Below are positions 1 through 8,829 of a DNA stretch of 64,000 bases, piece by piece. The stretch is from Leptonemataceae bacterium (GTDB taxonomy: Bacteria; Spirochaetota; Leptospiria; Leptospirales; Leptonemataceae): contig OZ245742.1 in NCBI GenBank assembly GCA_965227295.1, positions 992,001 through 1,056,000 of the forward strand, read 5' to 3'. Position 1 is the first letter of the stretch. The number at the start of each line of letters is the position of its first letter. The notes beneath the pieces were generated by a model. That model did not search any database and was not told where the DNA came from. It saw only the letters and a list, made by a program, of their open reading frames with translations. The position numbers and the translations under genes are program-made.

Positions 1-237
1 CTCACCGAAGACGGCTTCGCCAATCTCATCCTCGATCTCGGCGAAGTACGCCACGCGGATTCCTCCGGACTCAGCGGCATCGTCGCCGCGGATCGCATTT
101 GCAAGAACATGGGCGGTCAGTTGGTCCTCGCCCGGGTCAATCGACAGGTGCAGAAGATCATCGCCCTGTCACGCCTGGATTCCGTCCTGTGCATGAAGGA
201 CAGCCTGGAAGAGGCCGTCAGCGTCGTCACCCCGTAG
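1..237 (+). CDS. STAS-domain anti-sigma-factor antagonist (5'-truncated by the window edge)
   Basis: Frame +1 reads LILDLGEVRHADSSGLSGIV...GGQLVL...VQKIIALSRLD, with the STAS DSSG phosphoacceptor motif; TAG at 235-237; not in the ORF track. Confidence 0.85.
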   Translation, partial: LTEDGFANLILDLGEVRHADSSGLSGIVAADRICKNMGGQLVLARVNRQVQKIIALSRLDSVLCMKDSLEEAVSVVTP

Positions 238-240
238 GCC

Positions 241-1512
241 TCAGCTCTTCGCGCGGAAGGCCGCCGCTTCCAGATACACCGGTCGACGGTCCATCATCAA
301 TCCTGAACCCATCAACGCTAACGTTGGATGAGAAAACGTTAGCCGGTGAACCTCTCCCGTTTGCACCGACCGGCCGCGATGCTCCGGACCGGAACTCGCC
401 ACTTCCACGTGACATTCGCGCAGGGCCTCGCGCATTTCCTGCCAGCCTTCCAGGCCTTGTTCGTGCGAAAGATCCAGCGCTTCCGGCGGCGGCGGCGCTT
501 CCAGCGGCGGACGAAAGCTATGTTCCAGGTCTGCCGGCGTGTAATCGAAGAGCATCGGGCGTCCGCGTAGATCGTTCAACGGTCGCCCGTCGGGCAGACA
601 GCGAATGGCAAGGCCCCGGCGCTCGTCGAAAATTCGAAAGTACTCCCGGGCCCCGGGTACCTCGCTGCGAAAATTCCGACGCCAGTCTTTTTCGATCCCG
701 TGATCGTGAAGGGCCAGGGTGAGATGTTCCCTCGTGGGATAAATGCCGAGATTCGAAAGCCCCGTGGCACGATCCCTGGAAAAGAAGGCGGTAACACCGT
801 CAAGCGCGACCGACGGGGTGAGTTCGTCGTCAACGTTCATGCCGAGCGGAACGCTCCGCCCCCCGGCGTAACGCATAAGATCCATGGTTTCGTTCAGGCG
901 CCCGCTCAGCACCAGGGATTCGAAGATGGTCTCCCAGGCATGGTGCTGGAATTCCTCGCGCCGCACCGGATCGTTCATTGCTTTTTTGAGAAAGTTAAGG
1001 AGCAGCAGGTCGGGCACGCGCCCCACGGTGTGAAAACGTTCCGCGTCTCTGTCCCAACGTCCGGCCTCCACGCAGTAGACGTCCAGCAGTCGCTCCGCCC
1101 GGGCCGGCAGTACCAGCGGATGCAACACCATGCGATTCTGCGCCCCGCCGAGAAAGGCCGTCCCCGCGGGAATCAACACCGGCCGATCCGGAGCGCGAGC
1201 GAGAATGTGACCGATTTCCAGTTCGCCTCCGGTTTCACGAACGTCCAGACTCCGCGGCGAGGCGGGAGCCGCGGAGAGTCCGGTCTCCGCGCTGAGAGTT
1301 TCCACGGCGCCGCCGTCCGGCGAAAGTTGCGCCGTAAGCTCCGGCCGGGATGAAGCAGGTTCCAGAGAGTCAAGCATCCGATCGGCGAGTTGCCCGAGCC
1401 GTAGTCCGTCACCGTCCCGGGCAACTCGGGACGGTTGCAGCAGGCTGCCGTCCTCGGGCCCGGCCTTGCGCCAGTAGATGAGCGGGAAACTGCTTTTCTT
1501 CGGTCTGCTCAT
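241..1512 (-). CDS. ARPP-1/DUF6569-like domain protein
   Basis: Motifs GGAQNRMV and VYCVEAGRW, characteristic of the ARPP-1 family. Confidence 0.65.
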   Translation of the reverse strand: MSRPKKSSFPLIYWRKAGPEDGSLLQPSRVARDGDGLRLGQLADRMLDSLEPASSRPELTAQLSPDGGAVETLSAETGLSAAPASPRSLDVRETGGELEIGHILARAPDRPVLIPAGTAFLGGAQNRMVLHPLVLPARAERLLDVYCVEAGRWDRDAERFHTVGRVPDLLLLNFLKKAMNDPVRREEFQHHAWETIFESLVLSGRLNETMDLMRYAGGRSVPLGMNVDDELTPSVALDGVTAFFSRDRATGLSNLGIYPTREHLTLALHDHGIEKDWRRNFRSEVPGAREYFRIFDERRGLAIRCLPDGRPLNDLRGRPMLFDYTPADLEHSFRPPLEAPPPPEALDLSHEQGLEGWQEMREALRECHVEVASSGPEHRGRSVQTGEVHRLTFSHPTLALMGSGLMMDRRPVYLEAAAFRAKS

Positions 1513-1629
1513 GCTGTTTAGATTTCAGCACTCTTCCTGTACCTGTCAAGTAATCGCGTAGTGCGAATTCCTGCTTGATGTTTCTCTCTTTCAATGCATG
1601 GTACAGTCTTTTGACCGGAGACTCACCGA

Positions 1630-2295
1630 ATGGAAAGCGCGGACATCCCCCCCGACATGCAGGAAATGTTTGAACGCGCCGAGAAGTACGTCTCGGAGCA
1701 CTTCTCCACGATGAAGGTCAACCCGGCCCACGGATCGCTGACCATCGGCGGGGAACGTTATATCCTCATCCGCGCGGAGTCCATGTCCGTCGAGTTCCTG
1801 CGCTTCATTGAAGGTTTGTACCCGCACCTCTCCGAAGAAGAACGTTTTCGCGCGGCGTCTTCGATCCTCTTCGACATTGCCCACTCCATCGGCCGGGCCG
1901 ACGCGAGGCACTTTCACGCAAAGACCGGCGTAGAAGATCTCATGGAAAAGATGTCTACGGGGCCGGTGCACTTCGCCTATTCGGGCTGGGCCTTCGTGAA
2001 GCTCCTGCCTTCGTCGAAACCCACGCCGGATCGTTTTTTTCAACTCTGCTATGAACATCCGAATTCCTTCGAGAGCGACGCGTGGCTCGCCTCGGGACGC
2101 AAGAGCGAACAGCCGGTGTGTCACATGAATGCCGGCTATTCCTCGGGTTGGTGCGCCGAGTCGGCCGGCATGGAGCTCACGGCCCGTGAAGTTTTGTGCC
2201 GCGCCCGCGGAGATGAGGCCTGCCGCTTCGTTATGGCACATCCGTCGCGGATAGAAGAAGCGGTGGACGAAATCCTGGAACACAACGGCGGCTGA
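1630..2295 (+). CDS. Stand-alone XylR_N/V4R small-molecule-binding protein
   Basis: GERYILIR, then PVCHMNAGYSSGWC...AREVLCRARGDEACRF (V4R Cys/Glu metal motif). Confidence 0.8.
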   Translation: MESADIPPDMQEMFERAEKYVSEHFSTMKVNPAHGSLTIGGERYILIRAESMSVEFLRFIEGLYPHLSEEERFRAASSILFDIAHSIGRADARHFHAKTGVEDLMEKMSTGPVHFAYSGWAFVKLLPSSKPTPDRFFQLCYEHPNSFESDAWLASGRKSEQPVCHMNAGYSSGWCAESAGMELTAREVLCRARGDEACRFVMAHPSRIEEAVDEILEHNGG

Positions 2296-2338
2296 ACTGC
2301 CGCCCGTTCTCCGGAATACACCCTCGCAGGAAACGTTC

Positions 2339-3724
2339 TTGGGTAACGACATCTACAAGTACATCGTCTCGCTGTTGGCCCTCAAGGTGCCCATGTTCGC
2401 GCGCTCGATCGTGGACGACGCCGTGCGCTCCATCGGCCGTACGCCGGATAACGTAACTCCCTGGGAAATGAAGTTACTCGTGGACCGGCGCATCGGCCCG
2501 GAACTGCGCAAGTATCTGCGAGCGGATACTTCCCTGGATTCGCTCGGTGCCGGCCTTCTGACCGTGGACCGGAGCGGCCTCGTGCAACGCATGAGCCCGG
2601 TCTTTCGCAAGCTTACCTCGACGCACGCCGGTCCCCAGGCGAGCGACGAAGATCGCCTGAACTGGGCGTTCCAGAACGGCCTGATCCTCCGTTGCGAGGA
2701 ATTCGAAATGCGAAACGAAGACGTGGTCATACGGGAGTACAGCGACGCCCCTTCCGGCTCAGTGTACAAGGTTACGATCAGTCCAACTTACATCGACGGC
2801 TTCGTGCGCAGCGTAACGTCGGTAATCCAGGACATCACGCTGTTGCATCGCCTGGAAAATCATCTAGGCAATCTGTATCCGTCCATTGAAGAACGCAACC
2901 GTACGCTCCAATACGAACTCATGCTGGCGTCGACGGTACAACAAGGGCTCATGCCGGAACGCCGCGTAAAGTGGCGGGACCTGCGCATTTTTGTGGAGTA
3001 CCTTCCGAAAGACAGCGTCGGCGGTGATTTTTACGACATCGTCCCGTTGCCGGTGGGTAATGAGGACCGTCCGGACGAACGCCTGGACGTACTCGTGGCG
3101 GACGTCACCGGCCACGGCCTGCCTTCGGCGCTCTTAACCGCTCTGGTAAAAACACGTTTCACCGAACGGGCCCACGGCGATCGCGAACTCAGTGAAATCA
3201 TCAGCGCCACGAACAACGATCTCATGGATTACACGCGCACCGAGTATTTCGTAACCGCCGTGTACGGGGCTCTGCGATCCGTAAGCAATGCGCGCGGGCC
3301 GACCACCAGCATGGAAAGCGCCGGCGCGGAAGGACTGGACGGCGCGGCGTATACGTTTGAGTATTGCAACGCCGGACACGTACGACCGTTTCTGTACCGT
3401 CGGCAATCAGGACGTTGTTTTGAATTGCGTGATTCTCTGGGCACGATGCTGGGTGTGCGCCGGTCGAACAGCAATGATTTCTGCAACGCTTCGTATACAC
3501 CGCTGTTCTCCGGCGATCTGTTGATTCTCTACACCGACGGCATCATCGACGTGTTGAACGATCAAGAAACCCTCTTCGGCTCACGCGGTCTGCACGGCGT
3601 CATTGAGCGCGAAGGCGGCGGCGGACCGGAGCATTTGCTGAACGCGATGATCGAAGAGAGCCGAAAGTTCTCGGCCGGCGAGATCGAAGACGATCGCCTG
3701 GCCCTCGTGCTGGAAGTCTCTTGA
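2339..3724 (+). CDS. SpoIIE/RsbU-type PP2C phosphatase with a PAS-like N-terminal region
   Basis: VGGDFYD, VADVTGHG, NAGH, LYTDGI and DD motifs; TTG start. Confidence 0.85.
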   Translation: MGNDIYKYIVSLLALKVPMFARSIVDDAVRSIGRTPDNVTPWEMKLLVDRRIGPELRKYLRADTSLDSLGAGLLTVDRSGLVQRMSPVFRKLTSTHAGPQASDEDRLNWAFQNGLILRCEEFEMRNEDVVIREYSDAPSGSVYKVTISPTYIDGFVRSVTSVIQDITLLHRLENHLGNLYPSIEERNRTLQYELMLASTVQQGLMPERRVKWRDLRIFVEYLPKDSVGGDFYDIVPLPVGNEDRPDERLDVLVADVTGHGLPSALLTALVKTRFTERAHGDRELSEIISATNNDLMDYTRTEYFVTAVYGALRSVSNARGPTTSMESAGAEGLDGAAYTFEYCNAGHVRPFLYRRQSGRCFELRDSLGTMLGVRRSNSNDFCNASYTPLFSGDLLILYTDGIIDVLNDQETLFGSRGLHGVIEREGGGGPEHLLNAMIEESRKFSAGEIEDDRLALVLEVS

Positions 3725-3737
3725 AGACACAGTTTTT

Positions 3738-6176
3738 ATGAATGATTCTCCGCCCGTGAACGCATCCGGCTGGCCGATCTTCCTGTTAACGGACGAATGG
3801 GAGGATCGGGACGGTCGCTGCCTGCTCCGCTTCTACGGACGCAGCGCTCCGGATGCACCGCAACCGGGGCGTCCCGTACAAATCGTCGTCACGAACTTCC
3901 GGCCGGTCTTCTTCGTAAATCGCGGCTCCGAACTTCCCGATCTTTCCGTACGCTACGAACGCAAGGCCGTAGACCTGCGCAACTTTGACGACGAGGCCGT
4001 GGACGCCTTGTACTTCCAGGGCGAGCACGATCTCCGTCGCGCGCGGGAAGCTCTGTTCCAACAGGGATTGGTGACGTACGAAAGCGACGTGCACCCGTGC
4101 GAACGCTTTCGCATGGAGCGTTTTCTTTTCGGTGGCGTAGTGCTGGATCTGGACGGCGCCGAACTCGCCGACAACTCCGGAGACGGTCCGCTAATATTCC
4201 AGGACCCTAAGTTACGCGCGGGCGGACCGAATCTCGACGCGACGTTCACCACGGCGTCCCTGGACATCGAAACCGGCGTATCCTCGGGATTGCTTTACTC
4301 CATCGCCGTGCACGTACGGACACCGGAGCACGACGAACGCCGGGTCTTCATGCTCGACACGAACGCGCAACACCCGGGCGTCTTTCAAAAGTTACCGGCC
4401 GCCGAAAACACAAGCATGGAACTCGCGTACTATAAAGACGAACGCATGCTACTGAGAGCGTTCTTTGAGTTCTTTCGCGGCGCCGATCCGGACATCATCA
4501 TCGGCTGGAACGTGGACGGTTTCGACCTGGCCTTTCTCGCGAACAAGTGCCGCAGCCTGGGCGTGCCCTTTGCTCTGTCCCGTCACCATCGTCGGGAAGC
4601 GATCATGCGCAAGCGCGCGAACGGCAGCGAGATGGCTCTGATTCCCGGTCGCGTGGTGCTCGACGGACCCACGGCCTTGCGGGCAGCGTTTTACAACTTC
4701 TCGGACTTTCGCCTGGAGAGCGTGGCCCGGGAACTCCTCGGCCGCGGCAAACTCATTCAGGAAGATCGTAGTCGCCGCGGTAAGTGGGCGAAGATCGAAG
4801 AGATCGACCGGCAGTTCCGTGAAGATAAACCGGCGTTGGCTCGCTACAATCTGGAAGACTGCGTGCTCGTGAGTGAGATCTTCGCGAAGACCGGCCTGGT
4901 GCAACTCTGGAAATCGCGCACGAAAAGCTCGGGGATGTTGATGGACCAGATCGGCCGTTCGGTGGCGGCCTTTGATCATCAAATCCTGCCGCGCCTGCAT
5001 CGCAAAGGTTACGTGGCCATTGCGCAACAGGACGTGCAGTTCGATGCGCCGGCCCCCGGCGGCTACGTCATGGAACCGGCGAGCGGTCTGTACGAACACG
5101 TCGTCGTCCTGGACTTTCGCTCGCTGTATCCTTCCATTATCCGCACGTTCAAGATCGATCCGTACTCTCGTCTAAAACAGGACGTCGATCCCGTGGAACT
5201 GCCGGCCGGGGGGTACACCTTCTCTCGTACGGAACATCTATTGCCCGAGATCATCGGCGAGCTGCTCGAAACGCGGGCCGCCGCGAAGAAAAAAGGCGAC
5301 GAACACCTGAGCCAGGCCGTGAAGATTCTCATGAACTCGTTCTACGGAGTCATGGGTTCGCCGGGGTGCCGCTTTTATCATCCGGATTTACCGTCGGGGA
5401 TCACGCGAACGGGGCAATGGCTTTTGCTGGAGAGCCGCAAGTTTCTGGAGAACGAAGGTTACGAGGTCCTCTACGGCGATACGGATTCGCTGTTCGTTTT
5501 ATTGCGCGAAGAGGATGCCGGACGACACCACGAACGCGGCACGGAACTCGCCCGGGCTTTGAACGTTCGCTGGACGGAACGCCTGCGCAGTGAGTTTCGG
5601 TTGGAATCGTTTCTGGAGATGGAGTACGAGAAGTACTACCGGAAGTTCTTTTTGCCCCCGGCCCGCGGCGGCGGCGCGGCGAAGAAACGTTACGTCGGCC
5701 TGCTGTCTAAAGAGGGCGATGCGTCGGCGAAAGAAGAGCTGCACTTCGTCGGCATGGAGACGGTCCGCTCGGACTGGACCGATCTCGCCAAGAATTTCCA
5801 GCGCGGTCTCTACGAGCGCGTCTTTGCCGACGAGGAAGTGGACGATTGGATCAAGACTTTCGCCGCGGACGTGCGCTCCGGCCGTTACGACGACGACCTG
5901 GTGTATCGCAAACGCCTGCGCAAGCCGGTCCGCGAGTACGTAAAAAATATTCCCCAGCACGTCCGCGCGGCGAAAATGCTCGATGATCCCGGGGTGCGCA
6001 GCGTCCACTACCTCATGACGAAGTCCGGCCCGGTGCCGGTGCAACTCGAACCGCGGGACATCGATTACGATTACTATCTGGAACACCAGCTCAAGCCCAT
6101 TGCCGACACCCTCCTGGGATTCTTCGACACGAACTTTGACGGCATTGTCCGCGGCTCGCAATTGTCGCTGTTCTAG
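3738..6176 (+). CDS. polB: DNA polymerase II (family B)
   Basis: Exonuclease motifs SLDIET, GWNVDGFD, YNLEDC; polymerase motifs DFRSLYPSII, KILMNSFYG, YGDTDS; C-terminal beta-clamp motif QLSLF. Confidence 0.95.
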   Translation: MNDSPPVNASGWPIFLLTDEWEDRDGRCLLRFYGRSAPDAPQPGRPVQIVVTNFRPVFFVNRGSELPDLSVRYERKAVDLRNFDDEAVDALYFQGEHDLRRAREALFQQGLVTYESDVHPCERFRMERFLFGGVVLDLDGAELADNSGDGPLIFQDPKLRAGGPNLDATFTTASLDIETGVSSGLLYSIAVHVRTPEHDERRVFMLDTNAQHPGVFQKLPAAENTSMELAYYKDERMLLRAFFEFFRGADPDIIIGWNVDGFDLAFLANKCRSLGVPFALSRHHRREAIMRKRANGSEMALIPGRVVLDGPTALRAAFYNFSDFRLESVARELLGRGKLIQEDRSRRGKWAKIEEIDRQFREDKPALARYNLEDCVLVSEIFAKTGLVQLWKSRTKSSGMLMDQIGRSVAAFDHQILPRLHRKGYVAIAQQDVQFDAPAPGGYVMEPASGLYEHVVVLDFRSLYPSIIRTFKIDPYSRLKQDVDPVELPAGGYTFSRTEHLLPEIIGELLETRAAAKKKGDEHLSQAVKILMNSFYGVMGSPGCRFYHPDLPSGITRTGQWLLLESRKFLENEGYEVLYGDTDSLFVLLREEDAGRHHERGTELARALNVRWTERLRSEFRLESFLEMEYEKYYRKFFLPPARGGGAAKKRYVGLLSKEGDASAKEELHFVGMETVRSDWTDLAKNFQRGLYERVFADEEVDDWIKTFAADVRSGRYDDDLVYRKRLRKPVREYVKNIPQHVRAAKMLDDPGVRSVHYLMTKSGPVPVQLEPRDIDYDYYLEHQLKPIADTLLGFFDTNFDGIVRGSQLSLF

Positions 6177-6240
6177 CGGAAATTCTACTGGCCAGGCACA
6201 CGGCCGTGTGTTCGGATTGGCCTCTCATCCTGGAGACTGC

Positions 6241-6627
6241 ATGATCCCGAAATCATCGATCACATTTATCGGCCGCATATTACTGGCGCTTATCTTTTTC
6301 ATGTCCGGCACCGGCAAGATTTTCGACTTCGCGGGAACCGAAGCCTACATGGCCCAACACGGTATGACCATGACCTCCGTGCTCCTCACGGCCGCGATCG
6401 TCCTTGAGATCGGCGGGGCGGTCATGATCTTCCTCGGCTATTACACGCGCCTCGGTGCCCTGCTGCTGATCGTCTTTCTAATTCCGGCCACGTTCATCTT
6501 TCACACGAACTTCGAAGACAAGATCCAGATGATCATGTTCATGAAGAACCTCTCGATCATGGGTGGACTGTTGGTACTCCTCGCCCAGGGGCCGGGAAAC
6601 TTCAGCATCGACGGCCCGGAGATGTAG
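6241..6627 (+). CDS. DoxX family membrane protein
   Basis: GRILLALIF...G.YTRLGA...FMKNLSIMGGLL...GPGNFSID; ATG at 6241 after a GGAG RBS. Confidence 0.85.
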   Translation: MIPKSSITFIGRILLALIFFMSGTGKIFDFAGTEAYMAQHGMTMTSVLLTAAIVLEIGGAVMIFLGYYTRLGALLLIVFLIPATFIFHTNFEDKIQMIMFMKNLSIMGGLLVLLAQGPGNFSIDGPEM

Positions 6628-6669
6628 CCGACGGCTTCAGCCGACGTATAGCCAGGTATTACGCATGCC

Positions 6670-7932
6670 GTGTCGCCGCGAAATGTCGCCTTCGCTATCG
6701 TATACAGGTTGAACGCCCCCAATTCCTCCGGCCCCGAAGTCGTCCGCACCGGCTCCATTCTCTTCACGTTGTGGCTGATCATGTTCGCCACGACCAGCCA
6801 GTTCATCATCGTCGGCCCCATCCTGCCGCGCATCGCCGAGCAACTGGACGCCCCGCTGGAATCCCTGGGTTCCCTGATCTCGGCCTACGCGATTTCACTC
6901 GCACTGTTTACGCTCATCACCGGCCCGCTCTCCGATCGCTTCGGCCGCTGGAGGATCCTCTTCGCCGGCACGGCACTCATGAGCGTAAGCCTCGCCCTGC
7001 ACGCCGTCGCGGACAATTTCTTAACTTTATTTTTGATGCGTTTACTGGCCGGAGCGGCGGGCGGCGTTCTGGGCGGTGCCGCCATCGCTTACGTCGGCGA
7101 CGTCTTCCCCTCGGAACGCCGGGGTTGGGCGGCGGGCTGGGTCATGAGCGGATTCGCCGCCGGACAGATCCTCGGCATCCCCATCGGCGCGATCACGGCG
7201 GAGCAATGGGGTTATCGCGCGCCGTTCTTGATTTTCGCCGCGGCCATCGGCATGGCGCTGCTGATGGTGCGCTTCGCATTACCGCACAGCACTAATATGC
7301 ATTCAGACAAGGTTACCATATATGGAGCGTTGCAGGGTTACGCCGCGCTCTTGAGCCGGCGGCGCACGGCGGCAGCGGCGGCGGTCTACGTGACGATTCT
7401 TTCCGGCATGGGTCTGCTGGTGCCGTACTTTCCGACGTTCCTGGAAAACGAGGCCGGTTTCACGGGCACCGGCGTGGCCCTGGTCTTCGCCCTGGGCGGC
7501 ATGGCGCACGTGATCGTCGGACCCCGCGCCGGAAAGTTGTCGGATCGCATCGGACGACGGCCGGTGATCGTCGTCGGTTCATTGGGCGCGGGCTTTTTCA
7601 TCTCGCTCACCCCCCTCGCGGTCTACGCCCCCCTCGCCGCTTATCCGATATTCGTGCTGACGCTCTCGTGTGTCGCATCTCGGGCGAGTGCAATGCAGGC
7701 GACTCTTACCGAAACGGCGCCGGAAGATCAGCGAGGCCGTTACATCAGCCTGTGTCTGGCGCTGGCACAACTGGGCTTCGGCACGGCCGCAGCGCTTTCG
7801 GGGCCGATCTACACGGACTTCGGCATGACCGGCAACGCCCTCAGCGCAGCTTCGACAGCACTTATCGTCGCCGTGCTGGTAAAGTTCTTCTTGCCGGAGA
7901 CTCTCCACCGGGTGATCCTGCAATCCAGCTAA
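6670..7932 (+). CDS. MFS transporter
   Basis: About 12 hydrophobic segments; motif A twice (GPLSDRFGR, GKLSDRIGRR). Confidence 0.9.
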   Translation: MSPRNVAFAIVYRLNAPNSSGPEVVRTGSILFTLWLIMFATTSQFIIVGPILPRIAEQLDAPLESLGSLISAYAISLALFTLITGPLSDRFGRWRILFAGTALMSVSLALHAVADNFLTLFLMRLLAGAAGGVLGGAAIAYVGDVFPSERRGWAAGWVMSGFAAGQILGIPIGAITAEQWGYRAPFLIFAAAIGMALLMVRFALPHSTNMHSDKVTIYGALQGYAALLSRRRTAAAAAVYVTILSGMGLLVPYFPTFLENEAGFTGTGVALVFALGGMAHVIVGPRAGKLSDRIGRRPVIVVGSLGAGFFISLTPLAVYAPLAAYPIFVLTLSCVASRASAMQATLTETAPEDQRGRYISLCLALAQLGFGTAAALSGPIYTDFGMTGNALSAASTALIVAVLVKFFLPETLHRVILQSS

Positions 7933-7953
7933 TTCACCGGAGGAATACCGAAC

Positions 7954-8793
7954 ATGGCAGACGAACTCTCTCGCACTCTCCAGGGCCTTTTTGCCGGCCG
8001 CGGTCCCGCGCTCATCGGCGGCGCCGTTGTGGTGTTGATCGTTTTATTTTTGCTCAATCCTTTTGTAATCGTCGGGGCCGGCGAACGCGGCGTCGTTTTG
8101 AACTTCGGTAAGGTTCAGGAAAACGTACTCGGAGAAGGCCTGCATTTGAAGATCCCCTTCGTGCAAACCGTCGTCATCATGGACGTCAAGATTCAGAAAG
8201 ATCAGATCGAAGCCGCCGCATCCACTCGCGATTTACAGGACACGGCCAGCACGGTGGCCATCAACTATCGTGTCGTTCCGGAAAACGCAAACAAGATCTA
8301 TCAGGAAGTCGGCCTCGCTTACCGGACGCGTATCATCGACCCGGGCGTTCAGGAAACTGTGAAGGCGGTCACCGCGCGTTACAACGCGGCGGAACTGATC
8401 ACCCAGCGTAGCGAAGTCGGCCTGGAAATTCGCGAAACCATGAAGGAACGGCTCCGGCCCTACAACATCGAGGTTACGGACTTCGCAATCGTCAACTTTT
8501 CGTTCTCCGAACAGTTTACCCAGGCCATCGAAGACAAACAAACCGCGGAACAGCGGGCCTTAAAGGCCGAGCAGGATCTCAAGCGCATCGAAATTGAAGC
8601 GAAGCAGAAGGTCGAACTGGCCCGCGCCGAGGCCGAGTCGTTGCGTTTGCAACGCGCGGTCATTTCGCCGCAGGTGATCCAGCTCCGCGAGATCGAAGCG
8701 CGCATTAAGGCCATTGAGAAATGGAACGGCACGTTGCCGCGAGTAACCGGAGGCGTGTTGCCGTTTCTCGATGTCGAGGGCGATGTGCGATAA
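7954..8793 (+). CDS. SPFH/prohibitin (band 7) family protein
   Basis: N-terminal TM, GERGV...EGLHLKIPF, AIEDKQTAEQ coiled coil, IEKWNG. Confidence 0.9.
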   Translation: MADELSRTLQGLFAGRGPALIGGAVVVLIVLFLLNPFVIVGAGERGVVLNFGKVQENVLGEGLHLKIPFVQTVVIMDVKIQKDQIEAAASTRDLQDTASTVAINYRVVPENANKIYQEVGLAYRTRIIDPGVQETVKAVTARYNAAELITQRSEVGLEIRETMKERLRPYNIEVTDFAIVNFSFSEQFTQAIEDKQTAEQRALKAEQDLKRIEIEAKQKVELARAEAESLRLQRAVISPQVIQLREIEARIKAIEKWNGTLPRVTGGVLPFLDVEGDVR

Positions 8794-8829
8794 GCCAGGA
8801 ACAGCGGCGTAATTCGTAGAGCGCAAGGG

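Noticed and set aside
99-722. 207-aa plus-strand ORF and many similar Arg/Pro-rich ORFs in the track
   Set aside because: Off-frame or antisense to genes with clear motifs; composition is typical of spurious high-GC ORFs
3738-6176. Family B polymerase as a sign of a prophage, casposon or pipolin
   Set aside because: The architecture is cellular Pol II with a clamp motif; no integrase, cas1, capsid genes or terminal repeats nearby
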